DNA of 64,000 bases from Octopus vulgaris (lineage: Eukaryota), in the NCBI GenBank assembly GCA_951406725.2, contig OX597841.1:26536001-26600000 (forward strand), given 5' to 3'. Below the pieces are notes generated by a model. That model worked only from the letters and a program-made list of their open reading frames with translations, ran no database searches and was not told the origin of the DNA. Made by a program: the position numbers and the translations under genes. Positions 29,153 through 44,590 of the stretch are shown here, one piece after another. The first letter of the stretch is position 1; every line of letters begins with the position of its first letter.

Positions 29153-29884
29153 TTATCGGTGCGAATGGTTTTGTTATATGGTGCCGTGTTTTACAATTCT
29201 GTAAATAATAATAATGGTATTTTTGTATAAGCTTAAAGCTTATGGCGATCACCGTGCAATGACTAAGAAAAATAGTCTAATAAAGGGGCATATAAGCCCT
29301 CGACAGAAAAAAATAAGGCTTTCCTATCCGCGTGTGTTTATGAATGTATGTGTGTGTGAGTCTATGTTTTTTTTCTGTATATATAAGTACATTAGTGCGT
29401 TTAAATTTCTGATTATATGTATGTGTGCATATTTGTGTATGTGTATTTGTGTGTATATATGTGTGTGCGTATGTGTATTTATAGTTGTATGTATCCCTGT
29501 GTGTGTCTGTTATATCTATACATTTGTGTTTAGAAGTTTATGTATATATGCATATATTCATATATATATATATATATGCATACATACATACATACATATA
29601 CATACATATGTGATATATGTATATATATATACATATATGCATACATATATGCATATATGCATACATATATATGTTATATATATATATACATATATGCATA
29701 CATATATGCATATATGCATACATATGATATATGTTATATATATACATATATGCATATATATATACATACGTACATATGTTATATATGTGTGTATATATAT
29801 ACACACACATATGTTGTATATCATATATATATATTATATCATATATATATTTGTGTGTGTGTTTGTATGCCTTTATCTCTCAGC

Positions 29885-29938
<54 letters not shown>

Positions 29939-30194
29939 ATATGTGTTATCTGTGCTGGTATGTATGTTTCTGAGTTCGTGTATATGTGGTGTCTGTATAT
30001 GTATATACATGGGTGTGTATATATATGCATGCATGTGTGTACGTGTGTATATCTCTGTTGTAAACATTCCGTCTACATTAATCACCATGATGCTTACGCT
30101 AAAACTAACCTCTTACGTGTAGCCTACTGTCTGTGAACATCTGTTTTTGTTGTTGCTGTTGTTGTTGTTGTTGTTTGTTTTGCCTTCTTTTATG

Positions 30195-30238
<44 letters not shown>

Positions 30239-30659
30239 TTAAGTTACGCTGTATCATGTACAACACACACTTTTGTAACCCTGACAACAACAACAACAAC
30301 AACTACAACAGCAGCATTAACCACGACTAAAACATCGTTACCAGATACAGGGAGGTTTAGTAATATCGTAAAACGTAGTTATCGAGGGTGAAGATTGAAA
30401 CGAAGTCGATTATGACAATAAATAAAGAAAATAATAAGATTTTCGACTATAGGCACAAGGCCTGGAATTTTGTCGGGTGGTGGGGGGGCTTTGCGAATTA
30501 TATCGATCTCAGTGTTGAACCGGCATTTCTTTTATCGATTCCGTGAGAATGAAAAAACAAAGGGATCCATAGATAACAAAATGGTTTGAGAACCCCCCTG
30601 CTTGAGATGTATGTATTGGAAGAAACATCTGGGTTTCCTTCTCCTAACATTATACGTAC

Positions 30660-31082
30660 GCAGGAGTGGCTGTGTGGTAAGTGGCTTGCTAACCAACCAC
30701 GTGGTTCCGGGTTCAGTCCCACTGCGTGGCATCTTGGGCAAGTGTCTTCTGCTATAGCCCCGGGCCGACCAATGCCTTGTGAGTGGATTTGGTAGACGGA
30801 AACTGAAAGAAGCCTGTCGTATATATATGTATATATGTATATGTGTATGTGTGTGTTTGTGTGTCCGTGTTTGTCCCCCTAGCATTGCGTGACAACCGAT
30901 GCTGGTGTGTTTACGTCCTCGTCACTTAGCGGTTCGGCAAAAAAGAGACCGATAGAATAAGTACTGGGCTTACAAAGAATAAGTCCCGGGGTCGATTTGC
31001 TCGATTAAAGGCGGTGCTCCAGCATGTCCGCAGTCAAATGACTGAAACAAGTAAAAGAGTAAAGAATAAAGAGTAAAGAGAG
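30660..31082 (+). mobile_element. SINE A, full copy
   Basis: Complete family A sequence with GAGTAAA-type tail. Confidence 0.9.
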
Positions 31083-31244
31083 ATCAACCTACACAAGTTA
31101 ATGTGAGAAAAACAAAACAGGAATTTTGAAAGGGGTTTCTGTAAGACTACTTTTTAAACACTGAATGTCCATGGGACATGGAAGTCCACCTGATATTTCA
31201 AAGGGGCCCATAGATAGAAAATGGTTGAGAACCCCTTGCTCTAA

Positions 31245-31690
31245 AAAGTAGAGCATCAGCTCTTTTAGCATTTTCCAAGAGCTCATCTGTTTCACCGAAT
31301 CAATCTCCTTTGTGTAGTGACCCTGGGTTGCCTCAAGTTCCGCCACCAATTTAGCGCTCTGCAGGGCCCCCAGTGGGTGAGCAATAATCCGAACGACTGC
31401 AAACGAAAATTCATCATAGGAAAACCCTTTTTTTCTGGCTCTGAATGATCTCAGAATCCATCCAGCTACTTTCGCCTACGCATTGTTGCCATCATGGGAA
31501 CGCACGCCTCATTCATGTGGATTCTCAGGTCACGCACCGACCCAGACTCTGGCTTTGCACTACCCCCTGGTCCTCTTTATCCCGATTGTAGGTTTGTGGG
31601 ACGATAGTGGTGCGCCTGGAATTTCTCAGTATTGACTGCCATGTTATTTTCGTCAGCCCATCTGTATCCTGCATGCACATCACTTTTTCT
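31245..31690 (-). pseudogene. Decayed CR1/L2-clade reverse transcriptase fragment
   Basis: Minus-strand pieces YRWADENNMAVNTEKFQ, SVRDLRIHM, GWILRSF and LEATQGHYTKEI...WKMLKELMLY, with stops and frameshifts. Confidence 0.75.
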
Positions 31691-31907
31691 ATGTTATATA
31701 ATGTGTGTACATATGTATATGTATGTATATATATATATATAAATGTGTATATATGTATATATATATGTATAATGTATATATATATGTATATAAATGTATA
31801 TATATATATATGTAAAAGTAAAAAATATATATATAAACTGGGACAAGAACGTGAAACACCTAGAAGACGACACAAGAACCACAGGACGGGACATTCGAAG
31901 CCCTCAG

Positions 31908-31980
31908 TCATCAGTCAAGAACCGGATCATCTTCGCAATTTCGGCTGATTAATCTTGAGATTGCTCCGACCTGGGCAGCC
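31908..31980 (-). ncRNA. Candidate non-circularly permuted, pseudoknotted hammerhead with kink-turn (family H6; element ~31835-31992)
   Basis: Minus strand: GGCTG c CCAGGTC GGA GCAAT C TCAAGA ttaat CAGCC GAAA TTGC GAA GA T GATCCGG t TCTTGA CTGATGA. All HHR core nucleotides and three core-flanking stems are present, in non-standard order. Confidence 0.6.
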
Positions 31981-31988
31981 ACCAAGGG

Positions 31989-32112
<124 letters not shown>

Positions 32113-32132
32113 GTATATGTATATATATATAA

Positions 32133-32166
<34 letters not shown>

Positions 32167-32372
32167 GTATATGTATATATATAAATGTATATATATATAT
32201 ATATATATATAAATGTATTTATAAATGTACGTACATATATGTTTGTATGTATGCATATATTTTATTTATTACACTATTGTATGACTGAGCGCCTTCGCGT
32301 CGATTCGATTCGTTTGGTTTGGTTTCGTTTCTTCTTCTCTAAGCTGGTTTATATATATATGTATATAAATAA

Positions 32373-32548
<176 letters not shown>

Positions 32549-32969
32549 GTATACATATATGTATGTATATAACCTGAACTAACTATATGTAAGGGAGAAA
32601 AAGATAAGTAATAGTAAAACAAAAGTTTTGTGATATAGAGGTAAGTGACTGATAATAGGTTTTAGAGTTTTGTCGTGGGGGTGAGGGTCGTAAATCACTT
32701 CCTAGTTTCGGCGAGTGAGGTTGAAATTTGATATTATTATGAGTGGTCAGTCTACATCTATCCATCACTACAGGTTTATAACTTTATGTTTATAGTGTGT
32801 ATGTGCGTGCATATACACACACATACATATATACATACATACACAAGCGTATGTACGTACATACATACATACATGCATGCATACATGCGTGCATACATAC
32901 ATACACACATACATACGTACATATATATATAACAAACTAACTGTTACTTTCTCAGATGCAGCACGGATT

Positions 32970-33020
32970 TTTGTCAGTGAACAGGTCGCGGTCTTAAAGC
33001 GACGAAAATATTTTGACAAA
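32970..33020 (+). ncRNA. Type I hammerhead, G3-C8 core variant (family H4)
   Basis: TTTGTCA-GTGAACA-G-GTCGC ggtcttaaa GCGAC-GAAA-ATAT-TT-TGACAAA: 7 bp stem I, 5 bp stem II, palindromic AATATT stem III. Confidence 0.75.
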
Positions 33021-33185
33021 TTAAACTTAAATGTTGAAGTGAATCAAACGGTTTTTGTGTGTTTCTTAAATGGCTTACAAACACCTTCCACGCTGCAATT
33101 GTTATATATATATAACAATAGAACTCTCTTCGATACTTCATGAGTGTAGCCTCACCTCCTAGGATGTTTGGAAAACTCATATGTG

Positions 33186-33277
33186 TTTTCGCTGATGAGT
33201 ACGGGACACTTGTATTTGCTGCAATATTTGCAGCTTTTAATAAAGCTGTTCTTCATATGAAACAATTGTACTGAAAA
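33186..33277 (+). ncRNA. Degenerate type I hammerhead (family H3)
   Basis: Homologue of 56047-56135; stem II decayed (CGTAC to CATAT) and stem I has lost one base. Confidence 0.65.
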
Positions 33278-33299
33278 ACTAATCCATTCTTGTTGCTTT

Positions 33300-33351
<52 letters not shown>

Positions 33352-33355
<4 letters not shown>

Positions 33356-34197
33356 GTTGTGATGCTCTTATTATTTTACTGTATTGAAATCATTTTCCGT
33401 AGACTGTGTGCGGTGCCTAGTAGTGCTACTTTTTTGTATGTTATATATACTTGTTAGTCCTGGTGATTTTGTTATGTATTTGTCTGAATATCTTTTATCA
33501 TACCCAATGCACCTCCTATGGACTCCAATTCGAGTTACGTCTATTTCCAGGTTTTTGTATTTTGTAAGTTTCTCCATTTCTTTTAGAGAAACGTTGTCAT
33601 CTGTTGGTATTGATACATCGATTAGAAAGCAGTACGTTTCCTTGATGATCTCTGACAATTATATCCGGCATTTTTGCCTTAATTTCTCTACCTCTGTGTG
33701 TATTGGTATATCCCAGAGTATGGTTGCTTACTCATTTTCTGTGAGCTTTTCTGGCGTGTGCACATACCATCTTTGTTTTCTGTTGTTATTCCATAATGTT
33801 GGCATAGCTTCCAGTGTATGTAGGTCCCAACTCTGTCGTGTCTGTGTAAATATTCCGTCTTTGCCAGGACTGGGCAGCCAGAGACAATATAGTTTATTGT
33901 TTCTTGTCCATCTCCACATATTCTGCAGTTACTTATTATGTTTCTTTTCACTACATGCTTTTGGTAATCTCTGGTGGGGAGGCTTTGGTCCTGTGCTGCA
34001 ATTAAAAATCCCTAAAGTCTCTGCTTTGAGTCCTGAGCTTCTCAACCATTGTTGGGAGTTTTGCTTTGTCTATTTCTTTTGCATTTAGTTTAATCCAGTA
34101 TTTGCCATGAAGGGGCTTTTCTTGCCATCGTTTTATCATGGTCCGTTGCTGTTCTAGTTTTAGTTTGGATTTCATTTGTTTTACAGCTTTTGTTTCC

Positions 34198-34198
<1 letters not shown>
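33352..34198 (-). mobile_element. R4/Dong-clade non-LTR element 3' fragment (zinc knuckle and RLE endonuclease)
   Basis: WQEKPLHGKY, AAQDQSLPT, CRICGDGQETINYIVSGCP..AKTEYLHRHD, ILWD, PDII..LIDVSIP..EKL.KY; frameshifted; flanked by microsatellites. Confidence 0.9.
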
Positions 34199-35560
<1,362 letters not shown>

Positions 35561-35740
35561 AAATGTACATGCATTCGTACATATATATATACACATTCAA
35601 TCGCACAAATCCACACACATACACACATACGTTCATGCGTCCCGTCCAGCTGGGGGGTGGGGGGTGACACACATACGCCGCAGAAACCGGGAAACCGGGC
35701 CCATTAGCCAGGCTAGGCTTGAAAAGGGTCACGTTTATCG

Positions 35741-35791
<51 letters not shown>

Positions 35792-35794
35792 AAA

Positions 35795-36238
35795 GCCGGC
35801 GAGTTGGCAGAGTCGTTAGCACGCTGGACGAAATGCTTAACCATATTTCGCCCGTGGCTACGTTCTGAGTTCAAATTCCGCCAAGGTCGACTTTGCATTT
35901 CATCCTTTCGGGGGTCGATAAATTAAGCACCAGTTACGCACTGGGGTCAATGTATTCGACTTAATTCCTTTGTCTGTCTTTGTTTTGTCCCCTCTATGTT
36001 TAGCCCCTTGTGGGCAATAAAGAAATAAGAATCGTTAGCACACTGGACGAAATGCTTAGCGGTATTTCGCCCGTGGTTACGTTCTGGTTCTGAGTTCAAA
36101 TTCCACCGAGGTTGACTTTGCCATTCATCCTTTCATCCTTTCGATAAAATGAGTACCAGTTGAAAACTGGGGGTCGATGTAGTCGAGTCATCCCCACCTC
36201 CCTCAAGCTGCCCTTGTGGAAAAATTTAAAATGATAAT
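35795..36238 (+). mobile_element. SINE B dimer following (ATT)n
   Basis: Second unit restarts at AGAATCGTTAGCAC (~36028). Confidence 0.85.
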
Positions 36239-36249
36239 TATCATACACA

Positions 36250-36290
<41 letters not shown>

Positions 36291-36595
36291 TGTGTATTAG
36301 TGTGTGTGTGAGTGTACATGCGAGTATGTATGTGTGTGTACGTGAGCATGGTTGTGTTTGTATGTGTATTCGTGTTGGTCCCCCATAATCTTCATATCAG
36401 ATAGGTCCAGAAAAAAGGGATATATCAAGCAATGGGATCAATCTGTTTGTCTAACCCTTTAATGCGGTGCTCCAGCTTGGCAGCGGTCCAATGAGGGAAT
36501 CAAGTGGAAGATAAAATAACTTGATGATGATGTAACTACACGTTGTAATAACAAGTTAGTTTCACCATCGACAGGTTTTATTTTTTTATCTTTTT

Positions 36596-37451
36596 GGCTG
36601 TGTGGTAAGTAGCTTGCTTACGAACCACATGGTTCCGGGTTCAGTCCCACTGCGTGGCACCTTGGGCAAGTGTCTTCTAGCATAGCCTCGGGCCGACCAA
36701 AGCCCTGTGAGTGGATTTGGTAGACGGAAACTGAAGGAAACCCGTCGTATATATGTATATAGGAGTGGCTGTGTGGTAAGTAGCTTGTTTACCAACCACA
36801 TGGTTCCGGGTTCAGTCTCACTGCGTGGCACCTTGAGCAAGTGTCTTCTACTATAGCCTCGGGCCGACCAAAGCCTTGTGGGTGGATTTGGTAGATGGAA
36901 ACTGAAGGAAACCCGTCGTATGTATGTCTAATCCTGCACATTCCATAATTTCTGTCAAACGCTACAAGACTCAGATATGAGACCCACAACCCCAATGTAG
37001 TATTGGTCCGACATTTGGGAAGTCACCGTTGTCAGTCAAGAGCAGGGGTCGACGAACCGGGGTAGATTACCCGAAGTGGGGGTAAAAAGGAAATTCTTAG
37101 GGATAATGAGGACTCATTAGACGTACTCTTTTATTCTTTTTAGGGTGGCCATGATAGTCGAAGAAATCGACCTCAGGACTTATATTTTGTAAGCCTAGTA
37201 CTTATTCTATCGGTTTTCTTTTGCTGAACTGCTCAGTTACGGGGACAAACACAGACACACAAACACAGACACACAAACACAGACACACAAACATATACAC
37301 ATATTTATACATATATATGACAGGATTCTTTCAGTTTCCGTCTACCAAATCTATAGTAGAAAACACTTGCCCAAGGTGCCATGCACTAATACTGAACCCG
37401 GAACCATGTGGTTGGTAAACAAGCTACTTACCACACAGCCACTCCTGTGCC

Positions 37452-37500
<49 letters not shown>

Positions 37501-37755
37501 ATTACTTATTAGACTGCGGTCATACTGGGGCACAACCTTGAATGATTTTCTGTCGATTGCATCGACCCCCAGCGGTTATGTTTCAAAGTTAGTGACTGGT
37601 TTCTTTTACAGAACTTTCAATTTACAGAAGCGCAAACAAACCAACACCGGTTATCAAGGGCTGGCGGGTGGCTGATACAAACACAAAGACACATCCACAC
37701 ACCTAGACAACTTCACACCGACACACATACACCGGGCTTCTTTCAGTTTCCGCCT
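36596..37755. mobile_element. Cluster of SINE A pieces (two + heads at 36596-36920; - copies at 37125-37452 and ~37500-37755)
   Basis: Family A motifs. Confidence 0.75.
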
Positions 37756-37766
37756 AGCTTGCGTCC

Positions 37767-37822
<56 letters not shown>

Positions 37823-37946
37823 TAATATTTGCGAGTGTGTACATGCATATGCGTGTTACGTTCGTAAGATATACACCTATAGCCACCTAATGAAAATACA
37901 CAATTTAGTAACATACATTACTAACTAATCACACACACATAATGTA

Positions 37947-37983
<37 letters not shown>

Positions 37984-38349
37984 TACATGTATATATATAT
38001 ATATAGATATATAGATATGCATATATAAATATATACATATATATATGTATATATATATATATATGGATATGCATGTATGTATATATATATGTATATATAT
38101 ACATGTATATATATATATGTATATATATATATGTATATATATATATGTATATAAATATGTATATATATATATATGCATACTTATAGATGTGTATGTATGT
38201 ATATATATATATATATATATATACATATATAAATATATACATATATATATATATGTCATGATTTTTGTTACAACATCATATATGCGGGGAACACGCACGC
38301 ACGCACACACATATGAATGTGTGTAGCGCTGGTTTTGTTGTTGTTGTTG

Positions 38350-38417
<68 letters not shown>

Positions 38418-38661
38418 TATTATTTTTACCTAGCTATAATTTACTCAAACCCCGCTATTTTTATAAACTCACTCACCCGTCCCTTAATATCCCAACACCT
38501 CTGAAACCCCTAACACCTAACCCCCTAACCACCTTCACTTCCTACATTTGCTAGGATCAACCAGCATTGATGCCGTTTAATGAAGTTGGCAAGGGATCAA
38601 ATGCAGTTTATACACCGTAATGGGAAGGGCTGAGTCCCTTTATTATGTATACACACCTCAA

Positions 38662-38726
<65 letters not shown>

Positions 38727-38855
38727 GTGTGTGTGTGTGTGTATATATATATATACGTATTTGCAGATAGATAGATATATATGTGTGTGTTTTGTGTAAT
38801 TGTATATGTACTTCTATGAGTCAGAAAAGATGTTTTTTTATGTGTGTGTTTGTGT

Positions 38856-38915
<60 letters not shown>

Positions 38916-39018
38916 ATATGGATTTATGTATATGAGAATTTATGCATGTATGTATGTATGTATGTTCATGCATAACTGATTGATGGCTGAACGGATATGT
39001 ATAAATGATTGATGTATA

Positions 39019-39107
<89 letters not shown>

Positions 39108-39211
39108 CAGCATGTATGTAAAAAGTGCCTGTATCGAGTGAAGACGGTTATATATTTTAATATTTGTAATATATGAGTAATATATTTATATATACATGTA
39201 CGATATATATT

Positions 39212-39242
<31 letters not shown>

Positions 39243-39334
39243 GTATACATATATATATAGATATATATGTATAAGTATATGTTTATATGCATATTTACAT
39301 ACGTTTTTGTATACATACATGTTTAAATAATTAC

Positions 39335-39399
<65 letters not shown>

Positions 39400-40068
39400 T
39401 ATATACTCACACACACAGTCAACTGTCACACATTTCATATAACGGGCATATATTTATACGTACATATATTTATACATATGTACATACACACGCACACATT
39501 CACATCTACACACGCACACATTCACATCTACACACACACACCCGCACATATAAACATATTTATACATAAATAAAAGTGTCTACATAATTTCTTGTGTACA
39601 ACTCGTGCCAAATTGGAGGATGTCTTCTCGTATTTACATTTCATATTTTCAAATGATTTTTCTTGAAAGAAAAAAAAGCAATAAAATAAATAAAGTAAAC
39701 ACGAACACATGTATACAAACACAAAAACATCAACAGCAACAACAACAAACCAAAGTTAAAACTCAACACCCACTCCCTTATAAGCAAATATATAAAAACA
39801 AGGAATGGAGGAAAAAAAAAAAAAAGCAACCGAGACGAAACGAACCGACATAAATTTCGTGGCTTTCCCTCGTACACAAAGTACAAACACCGCATCGTAA
39901 GATTAATACATCTGTTAAATCATTAACATATGTATTAATCTTGTCATCTGTACATCTGTCTGTCTGTATGTCTGTTTCTCTGTTTGTCTCTCTATCTATC
40001 TATCTATTTGTTCTATCTGTGTGCAGCCCTGTGTAGCTAATAAAGAAACATATCTATCTATCTATGTC

Positions 40069-40312
<244 letters not shown>

Positions 40313-40319
40313 ATGTCTG

Positions 40320-41404
40320 TCTCTTTCTCTCTTTTACTCTTTTACTTGTGTCAGTCATTTGACTGCGGCCATGCTGGAGCACCGCCTTTAATCGAGCAAC
40401 TCGACCCCGGGACTTATTCTTTTGTAAGCCCAGTACTTATTCTATCGGTCTCGTTTGCCGAACCGCTAGTTAACGGGGGACATAAACACCAGCATCGGTT
40501 GCCAAGCAATGCTAGGGGGACAAACACAGACACACAAACACACACACACACATGCATATATATATACATATATACGACGGGCTTCTTTCAGTTTCCGTCT
40601 ACCAAATCCACTCACAAGGCTTTGGTCGGCCCGAGGCTATAGTAGAAGACACTTGCCCAAGATGCCACGCAGTGGGACTGAACCCGGAACCATGTGGTTC
40701 GTAAGCAAGCTACTTACCACACAGCCAGTCCTGCGCCTGTCTGTCTGTTATTTCTTTTTCCTTATTTCTCATCCTTTCAAATGTGGGAGGTATTTAGTCC
40801 GCACCCTGTATATATATATTTCTTTATTGCCCACAGGTTAAAACGTAGAGGGGAGAAACAAGGGGATTAAGTCGATTATATCGACCCCAGTGCGTAACTG
40901 GTACTTATTTAATCGACCCCGAAAGGATGAAAGGCAAATTCGACCTCGGCGGAATTTGAACCCAGAACGTAAAGACAGACGAAATACCTGTTTCTTTATT
41001 ACCCACAAGGGGCTAAACATAGAGGGGACAAACAAGGACAGACATAGGTATTAAGTCGATTACATCGACTCCAGTGCGTAATTGGTACTTAATTTATCGA
41101 CCCCGAAATGATGAAAGGCAAAGTCGACCTCGGCGGAATTTGAACTCAGAACGTAAAGACAGACGAAATACCTATTTCTTTACTACGCACAAGGGGCTAA
41201 ACACAGAGAGGACAAACAAGGACAGACAAATGGATTAAGTCGATTTTATCGACCCCAGTACGTAACTGGTTACTTAATTTATCGTCCCCGAAAGGATGAA
41301 AGGCAAAGTCGGCCTCGGCGGAATTTGAACTCAGAATGTAACGGCTAACGAAATACCACTAAGCATTTCGCCCGGCGTACTAACGTTTCTGCCAGCTCGC
41401 CGCC
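40320..41404 (-). mobile_element. SINE A (40320-40737) and SINE B tandem trimer (40815-41404)
   Basis: Family motifs; B units joined at GAAATACCTRTTTCTTTA. Confidence 0.85.
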
Positions 41405-41526
41405 CTAATACATAGCAGATATAGAAGCGGCAAATTTCGCCGTCTTTCTGTTGATTGAACAAACAATGAATAGATTTGATCGATTATTATTGAGTTCTTA
41501 TTAGATATATGTACATCAATTGAACT

Positions 41527-42055
41527 CAGTGATCCTCAACCCCTTTTTTTTTCCATCTATAGACCCCACTGATTACCATTTTATTCTGGTGGATCCCCAT
41601 AGTCATTCAGTTCTTTTAAAAACCTAGTTTTATAGAATCTTCTTTCAAAATCCCTATTTTGTTTTCCACACAAAACTTGTGTAGGTTGATCCATGCAAAA
41701 TGTTAGAGAAAGCAACGTTACTGTTTCTTGCAATACATAGATCTAAAGCAGGGGTTTCCAACCATTTTTTTAAAATCTAAGGAGCCCTTTGATTGCCATT
41801 TTATTCGGGTGGACCCGATAGCAATTTGATATTTTCTCTTTCTCTTTCCCTTTTCTCTTTTACTTGTTTCAGTCATTTAACTGTGGCCATGCTGGAGCAC
41901 CGCCTTTAGTCGAGCATATCGACCCCGGGACTTATTCTTTGTAAGCCCAGTACTTATTCTATCGGTCTCTTTTGCCGAACCGCTAAGTGATGGGGACGTA
42001 AACACACCAGCATCGGTCGTCAAGCAATGCTAGGGGGACAAACACAGACACACAA

Positions 42056-42100
<45 letters not shown>

Positions 42101-43330
42101 CGACAGGCTTCTTTCAGTTTCCGTCTACCAAATCCATTCACAAGGCATTGGTCGGCCCGGGGCTATAGCAGACGACACTTGCCCAAGATGCCACGCAGTG
42201 GGACTGAACCCAGAACCATGTGGTTGGTTAGCAAGCTACTTACCACACAGCCACTCCTGCGCCTAAATTTTTAGAAACTTCTTCTAAAATTCAAGTTTTC
42301 ATTTTCAAACATTAACTTGTGTAGGTTGAACTATGTAAAATGTTAGGGGAAGAGACCTAGCTGTTTCTTGCAATACATACATCTAAAGCAAGGGGTTCTT
42401 AACCATTTCCTATCTATGAACCCTTTTGATTGCTTTTTATATTATGGTGGATCCCGATAACCATTTGATGTTTAAAAACTAGTTTCATAGAAACCCCTTT
42501 CAAAATCCCTATTTTGTCTTTCAAACATTAGCTTCTGTAGGTTGAACTACATAATGGAATGGAATGGAAGCACTCCGTCGGTTACGACGATGAGGGTTCC
42601 GGTTGATCCGAATCAACGGAACAGTCTGCTCGTGAAATTAACGTGTAAGTGGCTGAGCACTCCACAGACACGTGTACCCTTAACGTAGTTCTCGAGGATA
42701 TTCAGCGTGACACAGAGAGTGACAAGGCCGGCCCTTTGAAATACAGGTACAACAGAAACAGGAAGTAAGAGTGAGAGAAAGTTGTGGTGAAAGAGTACAG
42801 CAGGGATCACCACCATCCCTGCCGGAGCCTCGGATGGAAGCACCCCGTCGGTTACGACGACGAGGGTTCCGGTTGATCCGAATCAACGGAACAGCCTGCT
42901 CGTGAAATTAACGTGTAAGTGGCTGAGCACTCCACAGACACGTGTACCCTTAACGTAGTTCTCGGGGATATTCAGCGTGACACAGAGAGTGAAAAGGCCG
43001 GCCCTTTGAAATACAGGTACAACAGAAACAGGAAGTAAGAGTGAGAGAAAGTTGTGGTGAAAGAGTACAGCAGGGATCACCACCATCCCCTGCTGGAGCC
43101 TCGTGGAGCTTTTTAGGTGTTTTCGCTCAATAAACACTCAGAACGCCCGGTCTGGGAATCGAAACCGCGATCCTATGACCGCGAGTACGCTGCCCTAACC
43201 ACTGGGCCATTGCGCCTCCACGGTTGAACTACATATAACGTTAGTGAAAGAAACCTTGCTGTTTCTTGCTATACATACCAATAAATACATCTAAAGCAGG
43301 GGTTCTGAACCATTTTTTCTCCCATTTTTG
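41527..43330 (+). repeat. ~220 bp tandem repeat family F, interrupted by SINE A (41850-42264) and SINE C
   Basis: CTAAAGCAGGGGTT..AACCATTT...TTCAAAATCCCTATTTTG...TGTAGGTTGAAC recurs; reverse copy at ~31082-31242. Confidence 0.7.
42554..43221 (-). mobile_element. SINE C with duplicated 3' body and 14 bp TSD
   Basis: TSD GGTTGAACTACATA at 42540-42553 and 43222-43235; the ~270 bp body is repeated. Confidence 0.9.
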
Positions 43331-43439
43331 TTTTTTCATGTAAGAATAAGTTTTACAGATTCTTACAGTTCCAGTGATGGCTTGGATTCATGGTCTTTGT
43401 TTAAGGACACAAGGTATCGCCCGGTATATAAACATGTGA

Positions 43440-43750
43440 AGGCGTAGGAAGTTGTTGGAAGCGTGATGCTCTGAGGATCGCAAGACTGCAATTTCGATTC
43501 CCAGACCGACAGGCGCGTTGTGTTCTTGTGCAAAACACTTCATTTCACGATGCTCTTGTCCACTCAGCTTATGTCCACACGTGAGTGACCCTGGGACGAT
43601 CTCGCATTCCATGTAAGGGGGAGGTCATAGTTTCGGTTGCTTATATGGCATAGGCCTGTACACTTAGCCAGAGGTATGACATTGTTTGAAAGTTACAGCA
43701 ATACGAGAAAGCGCATTGTGACCAGCGGTGTATGACAACATCCGATACTC
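43440..43750 (+). mobile_element. Old tRNA-derived SINE
   Basis: B-box-like TTTCGATTCCC and GTGTTCTTGTGCAAAACACTT; tail AAAGCGCATTGTGACCAGCG shared with 12657-12770. Confidence 0.55.
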
Positions 43751-44048
43751 CGTACAATAAAGTGATACATTGAGGAACGCTGATGGAATATGCACAAACA
43801 CACACACACACACACACATACACACACACACACACATACACACACACACACATATACGAACACACGCACCACATACTCTCTCATACACACACGCACCCTT
43901 ATGTTGGGGCGAAGTCATTTGACTCTGTTATCTCCCCTATTTTCGCTCTTGCGTCTCACGTTTGGTCTCTGACTTCTGGCCAGAATCGCCATATTGAATC
44001 GCTAGCTTCTGCACGCATTTTTTTCTCTTCTTGTTTCTTTTCTGTCTA

Positions 44049-44086
44049 TCTTTCTGATGAAGAGCGTAGGCTCGAAACGTAAAAGA
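44049..44086 (+). ncRNA. Intact minimal type I hammerhead (family H1; element ~43900-44184)
   Basis: TCTTT-CTGATGA-A-GAGC gtag GCTC-GAAA-CG-TA-AAAGA; predicted cleavage after GUA (44081). Confidence 0.85.
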
Positions 44087-44182
44087 CTTGTTTTATTTCT
44101 ATTCCTGAGCGCCATACTAATACAATTGTTTTTTTGTACTCCACCTGCCTTCGTCTTTTGTTTATTTCCATAAAGCTTCCCG

Positions 44183-44252
<70 letters not shown>

Positions 44253-44296
44253 AAACAAGTCAAAATAGAAAATGCTAAAATAATTTTATAAAGAAC

Positions 44297-44342
44297 ATTT
44301 CAGTACCGGTTTCGGTCATTTTGAGACCTTTTCAACTGTAAC
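44297..44342 (-). ncRNA. Type I hammerhead, U3-A8 core variant (inverted arm copy)
   Basis: Reverse complement of 44591-44636. Confidence 0.7.
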
Positions 44343-44590
44343 GATTAGATAATTAAATTTAGAAAAATTAAAAGAAAAGTTTTTTTAAAGGAATATTTGT
44401 ATAGTGTTCAAATATAAGTGGCATTCTGCCTTTCTCTGTCTCTCTTGTTTGCACTTGTGTGTTCGTGGCCGTTGTGAATGTGCAAACAAGGGAGACAGAG
44501 AAAGGCAGAATGCCACTTATATTTGAACACTATACAAATATTCCTTTAAAAAAACTTTTCTTTAATTTTTCTAAATTTAATTATTTAATC

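Noticed and set aside
31885-31914. Conventional type I HHR or HDV-like reading of CTGATGA...CGAATGTC
   Set aside because: No GAAA or matching stem I downstream and no P2 partner; the permuted model explains more pairings.
38505-38530. CCCTAA-like telomeric repeats
   Set aside because: Only three imperfect units; compatible with chance.
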